NCBI GenBank assembly: GCA_023920165.1
Contig: CP089277.1
Span: 1,426,001-1,490,000 of the forward strand
Source of the DNA: Curvularia clavata
Lineage: Eukaryota
Direction: 5' to 3'
DNA: 64,000 bases
Part shown: in pieces, positions 60,101-64,000 of the stretch
Layout: each line of letters opens with the position of its first letter
Numbering within the stretch: position 1 is the first letter of the stretch
Translations under genes and position numbers: made by a program
The notes under the pieces: generated by a model
Told to the model about the DNA's origin: nothing
The model's input: the letters and a program-made list of their open reading frames with translations, nothing else
Databases searched by the model: none

Positions 60101-61676
60101 GTCAGACCAGGCGCTGCGCATCTTTCATGCCTCCTACGACACCGCGGAACCCGAACCCGTTATTCGACAAATCATGCGGTCGCGCGCGCTGTTGCTGCAA
60201 CAAATTAACGATGTCGATGGTACTCTTCACCCTCAAGTCACACTGACAATTGACGAATTCAAGAATCATTTGAGCACGATTGTCAAGTTTGTCATGAAGA
60301 TTCAAGAGAAGGTCAAGCAGCAAGCACAGGGTCAGACTTCTGCTGCCCAGCAGTCTCAGCCACAGGGTTCGAATGCCTCGCCCGCTCAACTTAATGCCGC
60401 GAATCTGAAAATTGTAGAACAACAAAACCGCAGCCAAAAGGCGCCCTCAGCCCCTACCACCGATCGACCGCCGTTCGCCATTGGCGCTGACCCCGGTCAT
60501 GGCGCCGCGCATTACTTTGAGGGAGCAAGATCAGTCACAAACCTCGTGTTGCCTGAAAAGAAGCGTGCGAAGCTCGAAGCGGGTAGCCAGTCTTCCACGC
60601 CTGCCGCGAGAGCGTCTCCTCATATCGGATCAAGCAACTCGCCCGAACTTAGGAGGCAACCACCGCCTGACAAGCAAGCGCCGCAGCGGCCGACGTTTAG
60701 ATGTACCGATGCGACATGCGAATACTCTGTGCGAGGCTTTGATACCCAGGCCGAACTCGATTCGCACAGCCAGATCCATGCAAAGGTTGACAATCCCATG
60801 CAGTTCGCCCTTGACTCAATGGCCGAATACCTCGATGTTGATCAAAAGACGGGCGAAGCCAAGACGGATCCTAATGCCTCCAAAACCACCCCGAAGCCAG
60901 CACCTGCTGCCCCACGAGCGCCACCACAGCAAAACATCAAGACCGAGCAAACGCCTGGTGCATTGCCGAATGCCGCTACGCCTGCAGCCACAGCTTCGGC
61001 TATGGCGCGCGTGCCGACGCAGACAGGTATCAAGGACTCGCCGTCGTCTAATTTGCTCAAGACGCCACAGACAGTCACCAAGGTCACCACCCCTGGCTCA
61101 GGCGCGCGAGGCAAGGCCACGCCAGCCAGCATTCCCAAGTCTGTACCAAAGGAGCAACAAGCGGCAGCACCGGAACCGGCTGCAAATGAAGACGACCAGC
61201 AGCAACAGCCCATGTTGCCCATGTCACTGCTCGACTATTCATACGAGGACACCTTCGCAGCTCTCGATGCCAACGGGCCATTCACAGTGCTTGATCTCAA
61301 GGACGAAGACAACTCGTGGGCACTCCGTTCCCGACCTGCCTCGCCTTCGACCACGCCCGAGTCATCTTCCAAGGACACGCCATCGACGAGGCAGTCTGAT
61401 ATTTCTGAAAACGACAATCTTGTTATCAGCATCGATCTCAAAGATGCAGACATTCCTGACGCCTGGGCGGTGAGCATGTACGGCGACGCGCTTCCCGTAG
61501 ATCTCCAGCTGTCCGAGGATTTGCAAAACCTGGGCGTCATGCTTCCTCCCATGAGCAGCGAAGACATGATGCTATTCCCAGACTATGGTGCTGGAACTAT
61601 GATGGATCTTGACATGCTCGAGAAGACGATGGACAGCATGGGTGGATCGCTTGATACATCCATGGTGGGTACCTGA
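57105..61676 (+). CDS. MED15: Mediator subunit Med15/Gal11-like, Q-rich, 1523 aa, intronless
   Basis: KIX-like N-domain (WQ.....ER...FE...F..A.SK..Y...I..KL), Gal11 ABD1-like LPPDVRTWQQL, QA and polyQ tracts. Confidence 0.8.
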   Translation: MNNPNMQQNGMQQGRTTAGLHHFVQHYRVQLQQGKIPNGWQQTTPPEERGQLALQFFTQYRLLKPELPEVETMRAALQFETQNFMSAPSKEQYITQIKQKLMVMTTARQQQLQRLQGGVPNGMNNGMNGMNPAQMNMMGQMAQQGARQPAPQQFNPAFPNAQLQRPMQVSPVPMTQGQSSMGVNGANPANMAQGQNNQQPNMQPNQQQNRQEQLIINQFAKKLMDTCKEEVRVKFEADIRAWPEDKKQQLLSQGINPLFLRFRQHAEMLYRRGALNQPGAGQNNAAMQAMQATPQQNRMQGQQMNMNQRQANQDFDFTEIANRQMEAMRSQDQGTTVVPASNNPNNGGQMGGFQGQTPQPGQPQNAMAQRQAEAFRQAQAQQAHAQAQAQAQAQAQVRLEQQRQQQAAQVAARNQQNQLLQGQIGGLNLPQGAQQPSPAMSMLNRPMAPPSQPGPPGTPQQRPPQAHVPIMTPQPGQADPNLSELMRQAQQRAAAVQQANQQPLTDQVRMSMMPPDLDASVKQQLLKVPEHQFRVILQSYMMNLRRNNGMPNGFAPGQPNAGQPHMAFNQQQLQPGVAGQMLGGPNMQGMVRPGMNLAQPSPGAGPQGPMGAQRGPMPTQQQRVAAASNLLRANPGIITTTDPKPFPPNVLNAQIRQSLPPDVRTWQQLKAWAAQNPALVPGVDSQKLVMLQVLHFQDMVRQSNGVNGVPGVQQTPQPGQGLVPPGQMNLNQGPVRTPQQQPNMQNMAALQVTPQELQQFRARMAGQPQANLPDDQLRGFMISMRMKNLQQQRQQQQQQSAMLNQQAQRNQGQPAIPMASQQQQPQHQPNRPPTTQPPAQATSQPKQAMKQQQTQPAQQHPNTTTLKQGTKRPNEDTLESGAEATPQAPAMASSKSQPGLNLTQEQMSKLTPTQHAQYRAQLLKAQDASNNKMQQQRGAMLNSEELRQRMGDPARIRQFKQMMDEVEKSLPTKQPIQLQPQARAALQKSLKEQFQRLKQSDQALRIFHASYDTAEPEPVIRQIMRSRALLLQQINDVDGTLHPQVTLTIDEFKNHLSTIVKFVMKIQEKVKQQAQGQTSAAQQSQPQGSNASPAQLNAANLKIVEQQNRSQKAPSAPTTDRPPFAIGADPGHGAAHYFEGARSVTNLVLPEKKRAKLEAGSQSSTPAARASPHIGSSNSPELRRQPPPDKQAPQRPTFRCTDATCEYSVRGFDTQAELDSHSQIHAKVDNPMQFALDSMAEYLDVDQKTGEAKTDPNASKTTPKPAPAAPRAPPQQNIKTEQTPGALPNAATPAATASAMARVPTQTGIKDSPSSNLLKTPQTVTKVTTPGSGARGKATPASIPKSVPKEQQAAAPEPAANEDDQQQQPMLPMSLLDYSYEDTFAALDANGPFTVLDLKDEDNSWALRSRPASPSTTPESSSKDTPSTRQSDISENDNLVISIDLKDADIPDAWAVSMYGDALPVDLQLSEDLQNLGVMLPPMSSEDMMLFPDYGAGTMMDLDMLEKTMDSMGGSLDTSMVGT

Positions 61677-62557
61677 TTTGATGTTTCTCTTTTTTTCATC
61701 CTGCAAAATCATTCTGCTTGCGGCTGCTTCACATTTGCAAATCTTTTCGGGATCTTTTCGTGTATTTTCATTTCTCTTTCGCCTTTGGGCTTTTTGCAGC
61801 TACAACCAATGTATTACCACATCTTGCTTCCCCCCTTCTTTTTTCTTTGCTTGAACGTACGGAGTTTGTTTGCCTTCGTCCTGCTTTTTTTTTCTCTACC
61901 TATTACGGCCGAATTTTCTGAGCGACTTTGCTGTTCGGGATGCGATTGCAGGCGCGCTCTATGGAGGGATCAATGTATCACACTTTGAGTGGGTTTTGAG
62001 AGTTCATTTGATCATTATGGGCTTTCTTTCTCTTTTCATTACTCTGTCTACGCTGATATTTCGGTTTGGTGAGGGACTGGGGTTTGGGAGTTGATATTCG
62101 TGCTTTGACGATGGCTCTTCTATGGGCTAATTTTCCAATTGTATTTTCGTCAAAAGGTGTGCGGTTTATTTAACAATATATACCCCCCTTCCTTCTCTGT
62201 CCTGCCACAGCCTTTTCTCTCTCTGGCCTCTTTGCTATGTAGTCAGCGTTTGAGTCGGGTTTTCGTCTATCGGAGCAAAAGGAAAAAAAGGATTAATACC
62301 TGCAATTCATGAAGCTGTCTTATTGAACTATGCATATGTGCTTTGGGATTCTGAATATGCATGTGTGAATGCGTGTCCTGCCTCAGCCGTCTCACCCTCG
62401 TTACGTAACCCCCAACAAACTCCCAAATGCATCAAAGGCATCAAGGTACACACTCGCCTTGCGCCCTTCTATCCACGCATATATTCTGCTGAAACAACAC
62501 TCGTCGTAGGTGTGTAGCTTTCCCACAAGGCGCATCCCTGCTCCATCTACTCCCAAA

Positions 62558-62574
62558 CCCCCCCCCCCCCCCCC
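62558..62574. repeat. Poly(C)17 homopolymer
   Basis: Directly visible. Confidence 0.95.
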
Positions 62575-64000
62575 AAATACATAATTATCACGCAAGGCAA
62601 AGCAAAGAAGAACGGCATTACATTAGCCCTGATAATGAAGCACAAAAAAATAACAACAATAACACATGAAGATATCGATGTCTCCCCCACTGTCTTGCGC
62701 ATACATGTTCAAAGACACACAGAAGGCTCTGGTTGGTGGGGAACGAGCCATGGGGATCCGTCTGGCGCATTATGCGTTGTTCCTGTTGAACGAACGCTGT
62801 TGTCGTTTCTTGGCGCCCTTTTCTTTGCTTTTATTTGTTACACGTATGCGCATGTACGTACGTACATCATGTACAGCAAAGTGGAAAAGTTCGCTTTTGG
62901 GCGCGAACGCAGGAAATACACACGCATGTATGTATGTGTGTATGTGGGTATGCGGAAGGGTAAGACATGAAGAAATGGAGTTGTGTCACGGGCTGAAAAC
63001 TGTCTTGCGGGAGGGGTCGTTTGCGAGCCGCTGTCGTGGGACACGGTACACATGTGAGATGCAAAAGGTGGGCATTATCGTCTTCTTGCTGCTTCCTTCT
63101 GTCCCCGAAACATGGGGTTACTTGCGCGTTGTACATACGTGGATACGTGCATGGACGATTTTTTTTCCTTGTCTTGTTTTCGATATTGTACGTAGGTATG
63201 CCGGCCGAGGCGGAGGAACTGCGAATATAGTGACGTCAAGATTCGCGACGGAAGATGCATGCCAACAGCGAAAAAAAAAACACAAGGCAAAAAAAAAAAG
63301 GAAACCCTTGCGAATACTGCATGGGTACATGGTGAGAAATGACGGCACAAAAGGCCGAACAAGACCATGAACGAAAGGGGGGGAAGGCGGATGTCCCCTT
63401 GTTCTGGATCCTAATGCCCAAAAAACGTTGCACGACAGCGGGGTCATGGCATCACAGCCGTCTGGTCGTTTGAACCCCCGCATCTTAGGGGGGGCGGTTC
63501 ACATGACCGATCTCTTACTAGACAGGACCAGAACGTTAATCGAGCGGGCGAAGACCCTGAGAAACCATGGTACACGTGCAAATTACGGTGTTGAGATGGC
63601 GTGGTTTTTTTGACAAGATGCCAAGGCCCACATGTCCACGAGCAATTTGCTCTACCAGCCCTGCCAGTACCATGGTACGCACTGCACTTCGCCTGGGTTG
63701 CATTGCATGTTTCCCAACGACGAAAGGAGGAACGAATGAAGCGAACGAATGCTCCCTCGATAGCAGCGTCGTCGAAAAAAAAAAGTGCACCCCGCATTTG
63801 CCTCAACTAGGACGTGATGGCAACGCGGGAAAGAGAGAGCGAAAGCAAAAGGGAAGGAAAAATGTCATGGGCGGTGATGACGTTGGGGAGACACATGATG
63901 GCGGAGTGGCGACTTACGTTAGACACACACACACATGCGCACCTCTGCTAGTATTTGGTTGCGAATTGTCGGCAGACATGCAGGGCACTAGCGGAGGAAA

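Noticed and set aside
62635..63810. ORFs in the terminal 2 kb and palindrome ATGTACGTACGTACAT near 62852
   Set aside because: Translations cross A-tracts and dinucleotide repeats. The palindrome is a short GTAC repeat. The region looks intergenic.
1..64000. tRNA, rRNA or intact transposon
   Set aside because: No T-loop/cloverleaf, transposase or reverse-transcriptase motifs, or terminal repeats noticed by eye. tRNAscan-SE and RepeatMasker would be needed to exclude them.

Overview
Gene-dense eukaryotic DNA from a filamentous ascomycete. The evidence is short GT-AG introns with CTRAC/CTAAC branch points; the EF-1alpha sequence looks Dothideomycete/Pleosporales-like (inference). About 28 protein-coding genes can be modelled. 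Several are spliced genes that the ORF track misses or fragments: QCR8, COX9, SOM1, an XRCC2-like gene and a CFEM protein. Most genes are housekeeping: TEF1, PAS kinase, m-AAA protease, glutaminase A, NDUFAF5, dynactin p62, (6-4) photolyase, glycogenin, DUG1, MRPL20, TAF8 and MED15. The best candidate for an undescribed system is an intronless three-gene module at 0.6-5.7 kb: a YWTD propeller, a carnitine-dehydrogenase/lambda-crystallin-like 3-hydroxyacyl-CoA dehydrogenase and a family III CoA-transferase. Other points of interest are two TEF1 introns (one structured, one expanded by a palindromic 57-bp repeat), a lower-GC accessory segment at 25-33 kb with a CFEM protein and a pseudogene, and a frameshifted gene at 36-38 kb. 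No tRNA, rRNA, CRISPR array or recognisable transposon was seen. All family assignments come from motif recognition by eye, not database searches.
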